Part shown: positions 10,565 to 20,016 of the stretch, one piece after another
Numbering within the stretch: the stretch's first letter is position 1
Layout of the letters: each line of letters opens with the position of its first letter
Assembly (NCBI GenBank): GCA_965204945.1
Contig: OZ242022.1
Span: 3,797,591-3,861,590, forward strand
DNA from: Limisphaerales bacterium
Lineage (GTDB): Bacteria > Verrucomicrobiota > Verrucomicrobiia > Limisphaerales > AAA164-E04
Length of the DNA stretch: 64,000 nt
Reading direction: 5' to 3'
Translations under genes and position numbers: made by a program
The notes under the pieces: model-generated
The model's input: the letters and a program-made list of their open reading frames with translations, nothing else
Told to the model about the DNA's origin: nothing
Database searches by the model: none

Positions 10565-11887
10565 ATGCGCCAAGCCGACAAGAGTAAAGAAATACGCGGA
10601 ATAAAAAAGCCATCCCTCGCGCAACGTCTTCGCAAGATTGCGGGAAGAACTTTGTTGTTTCTAGCTGGAATAGCCTTCGCCTGCGCAGCATTAGAAACCT
10701 ATCTCCGCCTCAAATGGCCATTCCTAAACGGCGAAATCCTCTCGGACTTCCATCCCCAAGCGGGCATGATCCGCAAACCCAACGCAGAAGTGCGCTGGAC
10801 AAAAGAACACAGCGAGTTCTGGACGGTTCAGCGCGCCAACAGCTTAGGCTTCTTAGACCGGGAGCCTCCAAGCCCGGAACAAAGAGGGACAGGTTGCCAT
10901 ATTGCCTTTATCGGCGATTCTTTTGTAGAGGCGAGAGAAGTCTCCCTCTCCGAAAAATTCCACATCCGTTTGGAAGAGATTGCATCCAAAAGCTTGCCAC
11001 ATCTCAAAATCACCACTTCGGCCTTCGGGATTGGCAACACCGGGCAGATTAATCAATTGCCCTATTACAATGAGTTTGCCCGACCTCTGCGCCCCTGCAT
11101 TTTGATTCTTGTATTCGTCCAAAACGACTTTGCCAACAACCATCCAGTCTTGCAGGCATTAGACAGCGGAGGCTGGGATCCCAATCACAATCCGTTTACT
11201 ACCGCGGCAAGAGGCAAAGACGGAAGACTGCAATTGGAGGATCCCGATTCAAAGTTTATGGAGCGCAGATTGCCGCGGCTGCCAATGTCTTGGGCTTCGC
11301 GGGTAAGAATCTACTCGTCTAAAAGATCTTATCTGGCCAAGTGGCTGCATTCCAAGTTGTTATTATGGGAATATACTCATCCGGGGGCGAACGAGGATCC
11401 GGAGTTGAATATGTGGGTAAAGCATTTGAGTAAGCTCCCCGGCTATGATTCGCTGGCCAAGGAATGGCCGCCTTTAACCGAAAAAGGAAAACATGATCAT
11501 CCGTACTCCATATATAGTGTTTTTGGGAAGAAAGATTTGCCGCCGGTTTTTGAGGAAGCCTTGGAATATACGGCCTTCGCCTTAGATCAATTCAAGGCAC
11601 GCGCCGAGCGAGATGACATTCCGCTACTCATCTTGTCCACGCATACTATGGGCACTCGCGGAAACTGGAATTTTGACCGCATGAACGCTTTGGCCAAAGA
11701 GCAAGGCATTCCCGTTATTGACCAGACAGCCTACATCCACCGCCAAGGCGGGCAGATTGAGAATGCGCATTGGAGGCATGACCGACATTGGACTCCGCTT
11801 GGCCATCAATGGGCAGCGGAGGCCTTACTGGAATACTTGAAGGCAAACCAGCATATTTGCCGCGATCAGCACGGCGAACTGGAGTAG
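10565..11887 (+). CDS. membrane-anchored SGNH/GDSL-like hydrolase (paralog 2)
   Basis: It shares blocks with 9186-10535: RGTGCHI, GDSFVEAR, GQINQLPYY, ILSTHTMG, FDRMNALAKE, HDRHW, GHQWAA. Confidence 0.6.
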   Translation: MRQADKSKEIRGIKKPSLAQRLRKIAGRTLLFLAGIAFACAALETYLRLKWPFLNGEILSDFHPQAGMIRKPNAEVRWTKEHSEFWTVQRANSLGFLDREPPSPEQRGTGCHIAFIGDSFVEAREVSLSEKFHIRLEEIASKSLPHLKITTSAFGIGNTGQINQLPYYNEFARPLRPCILILVFVQNDFANNHPVLQALDSGGWDPNHNPFTTAARGKDGRLQLEDPDSKFMERRLPRLPMSWASRVRIYSSKRSYLAKWLHSKLLLWEYTHPGANEDPELNMWVKHLSKLPGYDSLAKEWPPLTEKGKHDHPYSIYSVFGKKDLPPVFEEALEYTAFALDQFKARAERDDIPLLILSTHTMGTRGNWNFDRMNALAKEQGIPVIDQTAYIHRQGGQIENAHWRHDRHWTPLGHQWAAEALLEYLKANQHICRDQHGELE

Positions 11888-12087
11888 ATTGGCCATGTTA
11901 AGAACAAGATGTAGGACTTGTTTAAATTACAAAATCCACAATTAGTTTCTCCACAATTTTTCAACGCGGCGCATTTTGCAGAGCTTTTTAAGATATGGAT
12001 ACTTTTGTGCAGACTCAACTCAATGATTATCTTTGCCCTCGTTTGTAAAGATATAATAAGGTCTTTAGCGTTGTAGTATCTCGTCGA

Positions 12088-13623
12088 TTAATGAGTTATT
12101 TTTACCCGCCATTTAGGCGCTTCAATGTTGTGAACTTCAAACGTCCATTCGGAAAACTTTTCCGCCGTCGTGACAATGGCGTAAGCATCGAAGTTATAGT
12201 GGCAGCCGGCTCCGTAAACACTGTCCGGTGCGGCGTTAAGCGTGAACACGCATCCATCGGTGAACCGCTGTCGTGGATCGGATTCAAGGGTTGTTTCCAG
12301 CGTCCGCCGATCGGCATTCAATAGCGAGGCCCCGTCCCCTTCTTGCCAATGGCGGTGAACGCCTTTGCCGGCAATCAGACGGCGCATCATAGGGTTCAAG
12401 ATGCTGGAATGTTGATGCGCTCGGATCACGGCGCGGAGTTTGTGCGACTCGGTGCCTGAGTGGATAAGAATGTGCTCCGTGGCATTCTTCCCGTAAATCC
12501 AAGATCGACCGGGATTGTAGGCAAGGGAAGGTTCACTACTCAAAAGAGAAAAATCATTCCACATAAATCCCAACGTTGCCGGAGACACCGGACTAGTAGG
12601 CGTGAAGTCTTGAAGTTGAGACATAAATTGCCTTCGCGCCGCGGGATCCAAGTCGCTTAAAAAATCTGGATGCTTTCTAATATAATTTTGTTGTCGTAAA
12701 ACACCGAGAAGTTGAAAGCCGATCAGGTCCTCTTGCATCAATAAACGAGCGGGATTATAGCCCGGTTCCATGCCTCCGTGATTGCATTGAGCATAATTAG
12801 TTCCACAACCTAAATAGAGGACGACGGGAAGAAAATCATAAAGCCGCATCGGTTTCCGCACGTCGTAGCGGCGACCAAACTTTGCCGCAAGTTCCGCAAA
12901 AAAGCCATATCGCGCCGTCAGTGAAATGTCTTCGTGATTTCCTCGAACAAGAAACACCTTTTCCGGATTGGCCAGCAAAAGACGCAACAAGGTATAAACT
13001 ACTTCGACACCATATATTCCTCGGTCCGTGTAATCGCCGAGAAAAAGAAAAGAAGTTTTTGGAGCGGTGATTTTAAAACCTTCCAAAATGTTTTGTTTGT
13101 TGAGCGTCCAGAGAAAAGAAAGTAGCGAGTGAATGTCTCCATGAAAATCTCCGTGAATGAACAACTTCGAACCTGAAGAAACATCCAACTTTTGCGCGAA
13201 TGGACTAAAAGAAAGTCCGTTGCGCTCGAAATAAACTCGCGAAGTGTCGAAAAAGGCGCCGAATTCAGGCGCTTCGCCAACCCAAAGATCCGCCTTGGCC
13301 AATCGACTCGATTGAAAATGTCCGAACGCCGCTTCCAACGCTCGGTCAAACTCCTGCGAAGTTTGGAAGGGAAGGGTATTTCGAGGAGGAAAACGGCCGT
13401 TGAGTGCCCGGTTTGCCGGCAAGCGATCACATGCGCTTTTCCAATCAGCAAACGACGCATAACTCCAATCGACGCTGGCGCGTTCTTTGTCAATCAGCGA
13501 AATTTGCGCCGAGACTTCCTCCCACAAAACAACAGCCAACGATACGACCAAAAAGCCAATTCTTGCTTTAATCATAAACCAAAGAATAAAGTCTTTTCTC
13601 TCCTCATGCAATCTTTTTTTCAT
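12088..13623 (-). CDS. PPP-family metallophosphoesterase (Ser/Thr phosphatase-like), membrane/signal anchored
   Basis: PPP signature motifs are present: GDFHGD, GDYTDRG and RGNHE (LVRGNHEDI). There is an N-terminal hydrophobic anchor. Confidence 0.75.
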   Translation of the reverse strand: MKKRLHEERKDFILWFMIKARIGFLVVSLAVVLWEEVSAQISLIDKERASVDWSYASFADWKSACDRLPANRALNGRFPPRNTLPFQTSQEFDRALEAAFGHFQSSRLAKADLWVGEAPEFGAFFDTSRVYFERNGLSFSPFAQKLDVSSGSKLFIHGDFHGDIHSLLSFLWTLNKQNILEGFKITAPKTSFLFLGDYTDRGIYGVEVVYTLLRLLLANPEKVFLVRGNHEDISLTARYGFFAELAAKFGRRYDVRKPMRLYDFLPVVLYLGCGTNYAQCNHGGMEPGYNPARLLMQEDLIGFQLLGVLRQQNYIRKHPDFLSDLDPAARRQFMSQLQDFTPTSPVSPATLGFMWNDFSLLSSEPSLAYNPGRSWIYGKNATEHILIHSGTESHKLRAVIRAHQHSSILNPMMRRLIAGKGVHRHWQEGDGASLLNADRRTLETTLESDPRQRFTDGCVFTLNAAPDSVYGAGCHYNFDAYAIVTTAEKFSEWTFEVHNIEAPKWRVKITH

Positions 13624-15682
13624 TCCTCCACGGCCCCATTGCGTCCAGTTCGTAAAGACCTCTCTCCTAACAAAATCTTAGAAACAACTTGCCGTCGACG
13701 TCTTCCCATACTGGAAAGAAAAAATAAAAAATTGCCCCATTGTTGCTTTGCGCCTTTCCAATCTTTAAAAGTGTTTAACGGGGCGATTCACCTGAGTCTC
13801 TCATCCTCAACCGCGATGGAGGGAATTCCTCTCCTCCAACAGCCGATCGAGGAGATCAACAAAGCACAAGGTAAAAACGGAAAACAGCAACGACTTAAGT
13901 TCTTTATGACGACGAGAGGCCGGTGGCTTTTGGGATTATGTTTGCCATATTGCCTCCATCCCTCATTCTCCTTGCCGTACACATCTCGAAATTACGACCT
14001 CCACTCTCAACAACTCTTTAGCCCATATTGATGGATTTGTGGGATTTGGGTGGGAGGCTTTCTGTCGATGGTCTTCGGAGAAGGCTTAAGGGATTACGCT
14101 TCTAATGAGGTAGAATTATGATTGCGCGGCGGCGGCGCGCTGTGGCCGATAATCTAACCCAAACAACAAGAACTCAAACACGCCTCTGACAGACCACCCA
14201 AGCCCAACAGCCAAGTCGTTCATCTAATCTGTCACAAGAACACCAAGCGCAAGAAACGGGAACTTCTGAAGCCGAAGAGCTGTCACTAATCCCCAAAGCC
14301 GTCTTATATCAAGCACACGACAGGATTGCCATAGCGGAACTTGCCCTATGAGTTCGGTGACTGAAACTCGCCTCAAATGGAACTCACAAGCAAGCGTTCT
14401 TGGATAGCGCGACTTTGTTCGATGAGTTAGGCAACTGGAACGCCGTCTAGTATCGCTTTTGTCCTTGCACGAAGAGCGCAAGATGTAGAAACGACTCTGG
14501 CAGTGATCTCCACGCAATCGACGATGCACAACTCCATGCCCTGTTTCTTCGATTGTTGTATAACTATTATGTATGAGTGAGTGAAATGTCTTTGCGCAAG
14601 AGGCATTTCGCGCGCTGTTTGGTTCGGCTCAGGGAAGTTCGCTATCAATGAGAATAGGTTGATCTGGCGCAATGCGCGCTCTACTATGGTTATTCCAGCG
14701 CAAACATCCGTTCTTCATACATTTTCATGCTACTGGCAGGGGAAAAACGATCATGTTCTGTTGAGATTTGGAGGCATTGAGAATGGGGATGGTTGTTCTT
14801 TCCCGAAGCGCAGCGAGTGGATTCATTACAATGCCGGGAAGTGTCAGTTGCGAATGGCGCGGAATTCCGCTGTCTATTATAGAAGATAAGGGGAACGATT
14901 CATTAGGATGAGGAAAAGTGCAAGTTATCAGAGGAGGCAGAGCGGATTGTTCAGGGAGCGCAAGGAAGTTTTTTATGATCCTTGTCAAAGAGGGGGTCGG
15001 TTGGGGAAGTGATTAGATAGGGTTTGGGCGAAGAAGTTGGGATGGCATTAGGAAATTTAGGGGAAAGCGTTTATGCGAGGGTTTCTACTCAAGTCATTTC
15101 GTCGCATCGTGATGTCTTTATAGGAGAAGTTTCACTGGATAATATGGCAAGTTCTGCACTCTACTAGAGGTTTTTAGTGTTTGTTTCTCTCGTGGTTTCT
15201 TGGATTATGCTTCGATAATTCGCTAACTCGGTTTAGTCAGTAGGGATTTCGTCTCATGCCGATTTTTCCAGAGGTAGTAATCAGCAGGGCTGTCAACTGG
15301 ATTTTGACTTGGCTTCGGGATTCCTAAGGCGGAGTTTTTTTGTTGAGGAATGGTGGGGGCGAGAGGAAAAATAGAACGGAATATGGAGAAGGGAGATAAG
15401 TGGGATGCGGAGAAGACGGTGGGGCTTCCTCCGTTTTTCACTTCTTTATCTCTTACTGTATATGTTCAATAATATAAAATCTAAACTCACAATTTCTAAT
15501 TTAGCGGATTGTGTAAAAGGGGCTAACCCATGGTCATAATATCGGAAAAACTATTTCTTCAGGTAGAGTAGGGACGCTCGCTGCTTTTGAACAGAAAAAG
15601 GACAGAGAAGAATGCCCGAGCCGCTGCGTAATCTGCCGAAGAAAACATTGTCAAAGGCCGGCAAAAATGTTACCCACGAGAC

Positions 15683-16525
15683 ATGGCGTTGTACAATTCC
15701 ACCGTTTTGTGGCAGAAGCTTGAAAAACGCTTCTTCCTGATTGCCGGACCGTGCGTTATCGAAAGCGAAACTCTCTGCTTGGATATTGCCGCCTTTCTGG
15801 CGGAAATCTGCAGACAACTAGAAATTTTCTGCGTTTTCAAAGCTAGTTACGACAAGGCCAACCGTTCTTCGGCTAAGTCGTTTCGAGGTCCCGGTTTGGA
15901 GGCCGGCCTCGCCGTGCTGGAGACGGTGAGGACAAAGCACGACCTTTCCTTGCTTACCGACGTTCACACCGAATCCGAAGCCAAAGCGGCTGCCTCCGTC
16001 GTTGACATTCTTCAGATTCCCGCTTTCCTTTCTCGGCAAACCGACCTTCTTCAAGCGACAGCCGAAACCGGTCGCATCGTGAACGTCAAGAAAGGCCAGT
16101 TCGCTTCTCCGCAGGAGATGAGAAACGTCGCCAACAAATTGGCCGACTTTGGCAATCGTCGCGTTTTATTGACTGAACGAGGCGCCTCCTTCGGCTACCA
16201 CAACCTTGTGGTCGACATGCGCTCTATTCCAATTATGCGACAGTTCGGCTGTCCAGTAGTTTTTGACGCTACCCATTCCGTGCAACTTCCCGGCGCCGGA
16301 GGCAGTCAATCCAGCGGGCAACGCGAGTTTGCGCCCGTCCTTGCCAAAGCCGCTGTAGCCGCCGGCGCCGACGGCATTTTCATAGAAACGCATCCAGAAC
16401 CCGAAAAAGCGCTTAGCGACGGCCCCAACATGATCCCGCTTTGCGACCTGCCTCAACTGCTCAGGCAACTGCTGGTTATACGAAGAGCCGTCGAACAATC
16501 CCAAAATGATATCGACGCCGGATAA
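15683..16525 (+). CDS. kdsA: 3-deoxy-8-phosphooctulonate synthase
   Basis: FFLIAGPCVIES, FKASYDKANRSS and the QIPAFLSRQTDLL blocks are characteristic of KdsA. Length is 280 aa. Confidence 0.9.
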   Translation: MALYNSTVLWQKLEKRFFLIAGPCVIESETLCLDIAAFLAEICRQLEIFCVFKASYDKANRSSAKSFRGPGLEAGLAVLETVRTKHDLSLLTDVHTESEAKAAASVVDILQIPAFLSRQTDLLQATAETGRIVNVKKGQFASPQEMRNVANKLADFGNRRVLLTERGASFGYHNLVVDMRSIPIMRQFGCPVVFDATHSVQLPGAGGSQSSGQREFAPVLAKAAVAAGADGIFIETHPEPEKALSDGPNMIPLCDLPQLLRQLLVIRRAVEQSQNDIDAG

Positions 16526-16601
16526 TTGCTTCCTCATCCCAGACGGCAAAGCGAATTTGACTGTTCCCAATCCCTTGAATATTAGTTAAATTGCTCTTTA
16601 T

Positions 16602-17168
16602 ATGATACTCGTCGTCGACAACTACGATTCCTTTACCTACAACCTCGTCCAATACCTCGGCGAGATGCAGGCGGTCATGTCCGTCCTCCGCAACGACGAA
16701 ATCAACGTCGAGAAAGTTCAAGAACTAAATCCCTCTAGAATCCTAATCTCTCCCGGTCCTTGCACACCCAAAGAAGCCGGACAATCCAACAAAATCATCC
16801 AAGCCTACGCCGGCAAAAGGCCGATTTTAGGCGTTTGTCTTGGACACCAGTGCATCGCCCACGTCTTTGGCGCCCAAGTGCGCGTCAACTACCGCATGAT
16901 GCACGGCAAAACTTCCCCAATAAAACATAACAACCGGGAACTCTTCAAAAACCTCCCCAATCCCTTCACCGCCACACGCTACCACTCCCTAATCGTGGAA
17001 CGAGAAAACCTGCCCGACTGCTTGGAAATCACCGCCGAAACCGAAGAAGGCGAGATCATGGGAATCCGCCACCGCCAACTACCCCTCTGGGGCGTCCAAT
17101 TCCATCCCGAAAGCATCCTTACCGAACACGGAAAAGAACTTCTCAAAAACTTTCTCCACCTTTGCTAA
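16602..17168 (+). CDS. trpG: anthranilate/aminodeoxychorismate synthase glutamine amidotransferase component II
   Basis: [28 protein letters not shown] (catalytic Cys) and the triad end GVQFHPES are present. Length is 188 aa. TrpG and PabA cannot be told apart from sequence alone. Confidence 0.9.
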   Translation: MILVVDNYDSFTYNLVQYLGEMQAVMSVLRNDEINVEKVQELNPSRILISPGPCTPKEAGQSNKIIQAYAGKRPILGVCLGHQCIAHVFGAQVRVNYRMMHGKTSPIKHNNRELFKNLPNPFTATRYHSLIVERENLPDCLEITAETEEGEIMGIRHRQLPLWGVQFHPESILTEHGKELLKNFLHLC

Positions 17169-17715
17169 ATTGCCGTTCCCAGTTTCTCTTCCTTTAGGCC
17201 GTCGCTCACCGCCCCACAAATCCGCTCTCTTCCTCGCTCTTTTACAACTCCCTCAACGAGCATTCGCCAGACAAGGCATCCAAGGAAAACCGCTTCTAAA
17301 AAAACCACCGCAACTCGCCAAAACCATCACTAAGCCGTTGCAAAACGATCCAAAAACCAAAAAAAACAAATCGCCATCCGCCAACGAAAAACGAAGAAAA
17401 AGTCGAAAAGAGGCAAAAAAAGTTAGGAAAATCGAAAAAAGGGTTGAGCTCACGGTTGTTTTTTGATTTTCTTGCGCTTGTCAACACACGGCGAGTTGAT
17501 TCCTCTATCGGGTCTCCCCGCTGAAGTGTCACAGTTTGATATGCACAACGCGTCGGGAGATTCGATCGTCTCTTCCTGTTGGCTTCGGCAAACAGGCAGG
17601 AACTCGCGCTTTTTAATCCGCTGTGTGTTGACAACCGGCCTGGCGCGGGAAGAGGGTTTCCCAAAGGCGCCGGCCAACTCGGAGAATACAGAACAGATCA
17701 GATACGCAACTCGAC

Positions 17716-18630
17716 ATGAAGAAAGTAACATTTTACTCGAAACCGCTTGACGATTCCAACGGATTGGTCAAGGATTGCTCCAACGAATTCATGGAGCAGA
17801 ACGAATCAGCGATGCAGAAGCTTGCGATGCCTAGCCACTCCACTGCCGGGCTTTTGGCGCGCATGGTCAAAGGCGTTGTTTCCTTCCTCCAAAACCTCCT
17901 TTCCCCGCTGACGCGCAAGGAGGGCGTCAGCTGCGGCCAAGAAGTCTTCCGCTTGCGCGAACTTTCCCAAACCGCCGCCATCGGCGCGATTTACGGCCTG
18001 CTCTTCGCCGGCCTCCTGCTCGCGCCGTTCCAAATCAAATCTTCCGTACGTCCATGCTCTAAAATCTACGCTTGGAACATACACTTGTTCCCAGTTACCC
18101 CGGAGAACACAATTCCGCTTGACCTTTGCTTGGAAGATTTTGGCGAATTCATTCCTGCCTATCATCAGATTGGCACGGATTTGAGCCGAGAAATCCGAGA
18201 AATCAAAATTGACTGGGCAGAATGCCGAGAAGACGCAACAGTTGACGCTGCGATATGTTTGGGTGCATGCGGGTTAACTAGTATCCCGGTTGGTAGCAAA
18301 AGGGTTAGAGATTTGATTAGGGACATAATCAAAAATAATGCAGTTCCCGAAGCGCATCTTCCTCCATTAAAACCGGGAAACCCGGGAAGAAACTACATAA
18401 CCGGATGCGCTTTGATCTGCACAGCAAATTGGGCACTTGCCCGGCGCGCATGTTGGACAGCGCATAATCGAGCGTACGACGAAGCTCATCGAAGAGCCAA
18501 CGACAAGGTGAAAGATTTAGTGGATAGTTGGCATCAAAATCAAACCAGTCAAAGCGTGGAATGCGGATCCGATTTGGGTTGCGGCCCCGAAGGAGCATGG
18601 GAGGGAACAATTAGACCCAGAGGCCATTAA
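17716..18630 (+). CDS. hypothetical Cys-rich protein with one central TM segment
   Basis: This is the longest ORF in the region, with a hydrophobic segment AAIGAIYGLLFAGLLLAPF. No family was recognised. The next ORF follows 17 nt later on the same strand. Confidence 0.45.
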   Translation: MKKVTFYSKPLDDSNGLVKDCSNEFMEQNESAMQKLAMPSHSTAGLLARMVKGVVSFLQNLLSPLTRKEGVSCGQEVFRLRELSQTAAIGAIYGLLFAGLLLAPFQIKSSVRPCSKIYAWNIHLFPVTPENTIPLDLCLEDFGEFIPAYHQIGTDLSREIREIKIDWAECREDATVDAAICLGACGLTSIPVGSKRVRDLIRDIIKNNAVPEAHLPPLKPGNPGRNYITGCALICTANWALARRACWTAHNRAYDEAHRRANDKVKDLVDSWHQNQTSQSVECGSDLGCGPEGAWEGTIRPRGH

Positions 18631-18647
18631 GGAAAGGAGAGAAAACC

Positions 18648-19493
18648 ATGAACAAAGACAACACATTTCAATATGTTCGCCAAATTATGCTCGCTACGGT
18701 ATGTAGCGTCGTCATTTGCGCAACAATAGCGGCAATCGTCGCTACTCAGACACGAAAGGATTACGCTACTCTGGAACACGTCGAGGAAAGCCTTGCCCTT
18801 GCCCGTTCTTCATTAGCCAACGCAATTCAGCAAGAGGCAAAAACTACGGGCGAGAAAATCGCTACATTAAGTGAGAAAATCGTTGCGTTGCAAAAAGCCA
18901 TTGAATCGCTGGAAATCCCGCAAAGATCAACAACAGCAGAATCAACTCAAATGGACGAAACTTCCCATCCAGATTCTGTGCCTTGTTGCGGCGGAGATGA
19001 GCAGATCAATTCTTCCGAATCCGCATCAGCACAAAACGCAGATGAAGGATTAATTAAGAAAGAAATGGCTGAACTCATGACGGAAGCCATGGGGGAAATG
19101 GAAAATGACGCCGCAGAAGCCGACTTATTCCGATCCATGCTCGACGAAGAGGAACTCATTATCCTTGCTGAGAAAACCACAAGAATCCAGGCTGATATTG
19201 AGGAAACTTTTGCCCCGATATTGGAACTTATTCCCGGGCCCTATAGTGAAGAAGATAGGAAGTACATGGGGTTTATTAATGCTATCTTTGCAAATATAGC
19301 CGAATCGGAGGCAATGATGGAAATGCAAATTGAGCAAGATGAGCAAGAAATGGCTGTGCCCCTCGAAGAGAGAATGAAACTAATTCCACCAGAAAACCCT
19401 ACGGAAGAAGAAATGGAGGAATTTGAAAGGATTCAGCAGGAAACAGGGCGATTCATGCGCATGCTGGAAGAAGCGGCAAGCCAACAAGAATAG
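18648..19493 (+). CDS. hypothetical N-terminally anchored, highly acidic coiled-coil protein
   Basis: GGAGAG lies upstream of the ATG. There is an N-terminal TM (IMLATVCSVVICATIAAIVA) and a Glu/Met-rich C-terminal half. A hairpin terminator follows. Confidence 0.5.
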   Translation: MNKDNTFQYVRQIMLATVCSVVICATIAAIVATQTRKDYATLEHVEESLALARSSLANAIQQEAKTTGEKIATLSEKIVALQKAIESLEIPQRSTTAESTQMDETSHPDSVPCCGGDEQINSSESASAQNADEGLIKKEMAELMTEAMGEMENDAAEADLFRSMLDEEELIILAEKTTRIQADIEETFAPILELIPGPYSEEDRKYMGFINAIFANIAESEAMMEMQIEQDEQEMAVPLEERMKLIPPENPTEEEMEEFERIQQETGRFMRMLEEAASQQE

Positions 19494-19528
19494 CTTGCCT
19501 CTTCGCCACTGCCGTTGACCTTTTTCAA

Positions 19529-19555
19529 CCGTCGGGTTTTGCTCGGCGGTTTTTT
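19529..19555 (+). terminator. putative rho-independent terminator
   Basis: The stem CCGTCGGG/CTCGGCGG includes G-U pairs, has loop TTTTG, and is followed by TTTTTT. Confidence 0.5.
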
Positions 19556-20016
19556 CGCATTTAGTCCTTCAATCAAAAACAAATTCAAAACATCGCCAAA
19601 TCATAAGGCCGCTGAATTCTATTAGCCCTAGATGCCAACGCCAATTTCACCATTTACAACCACCCTCCGACGTCCATATCTCTTGGATCGCGTCAAAATC
19701 AATAAAGACGATGCCAAGTAGAATAATCGCCAAAATGATCCCAAAAACAACTCACACATTATTAATATACATTCAAAACATTGCCCGAATCAAAATGAGG
19801 ACTATAAGCGCAACTAACGGCAAAGCAAACAAACACAAAATAGACGCTATCTTTTCTCTCTCGCATCATTCCGCATTAACTTGCCGTTCTTTTTTCAATC
19901 CGTCAGAATTTGCCCTGCAGTTTTTTGTTGTTTGCTTTTGGATTTTGAGTGGGCAGAGTGTTTGGAAACGGTCGATGAGAGATCGCCTATTGCCAAATCG
20001 TCCTTCGTTACATTTC

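Noticed and set aside
19711-20016. N-terminal extensions of track ORFs (ggt 19711, YgfZ-like 29841, DUF1553 protein 29453, CotH protein 39426, aroQ 59743, ALDH-like 52042)
   Set aside because: The extensions overlap neighbouring genes or lack signal/TM logic. Internal ATG or GTG starts give canonical N-termini (signal peptides, family-typical starts, 4-nt overlaps).
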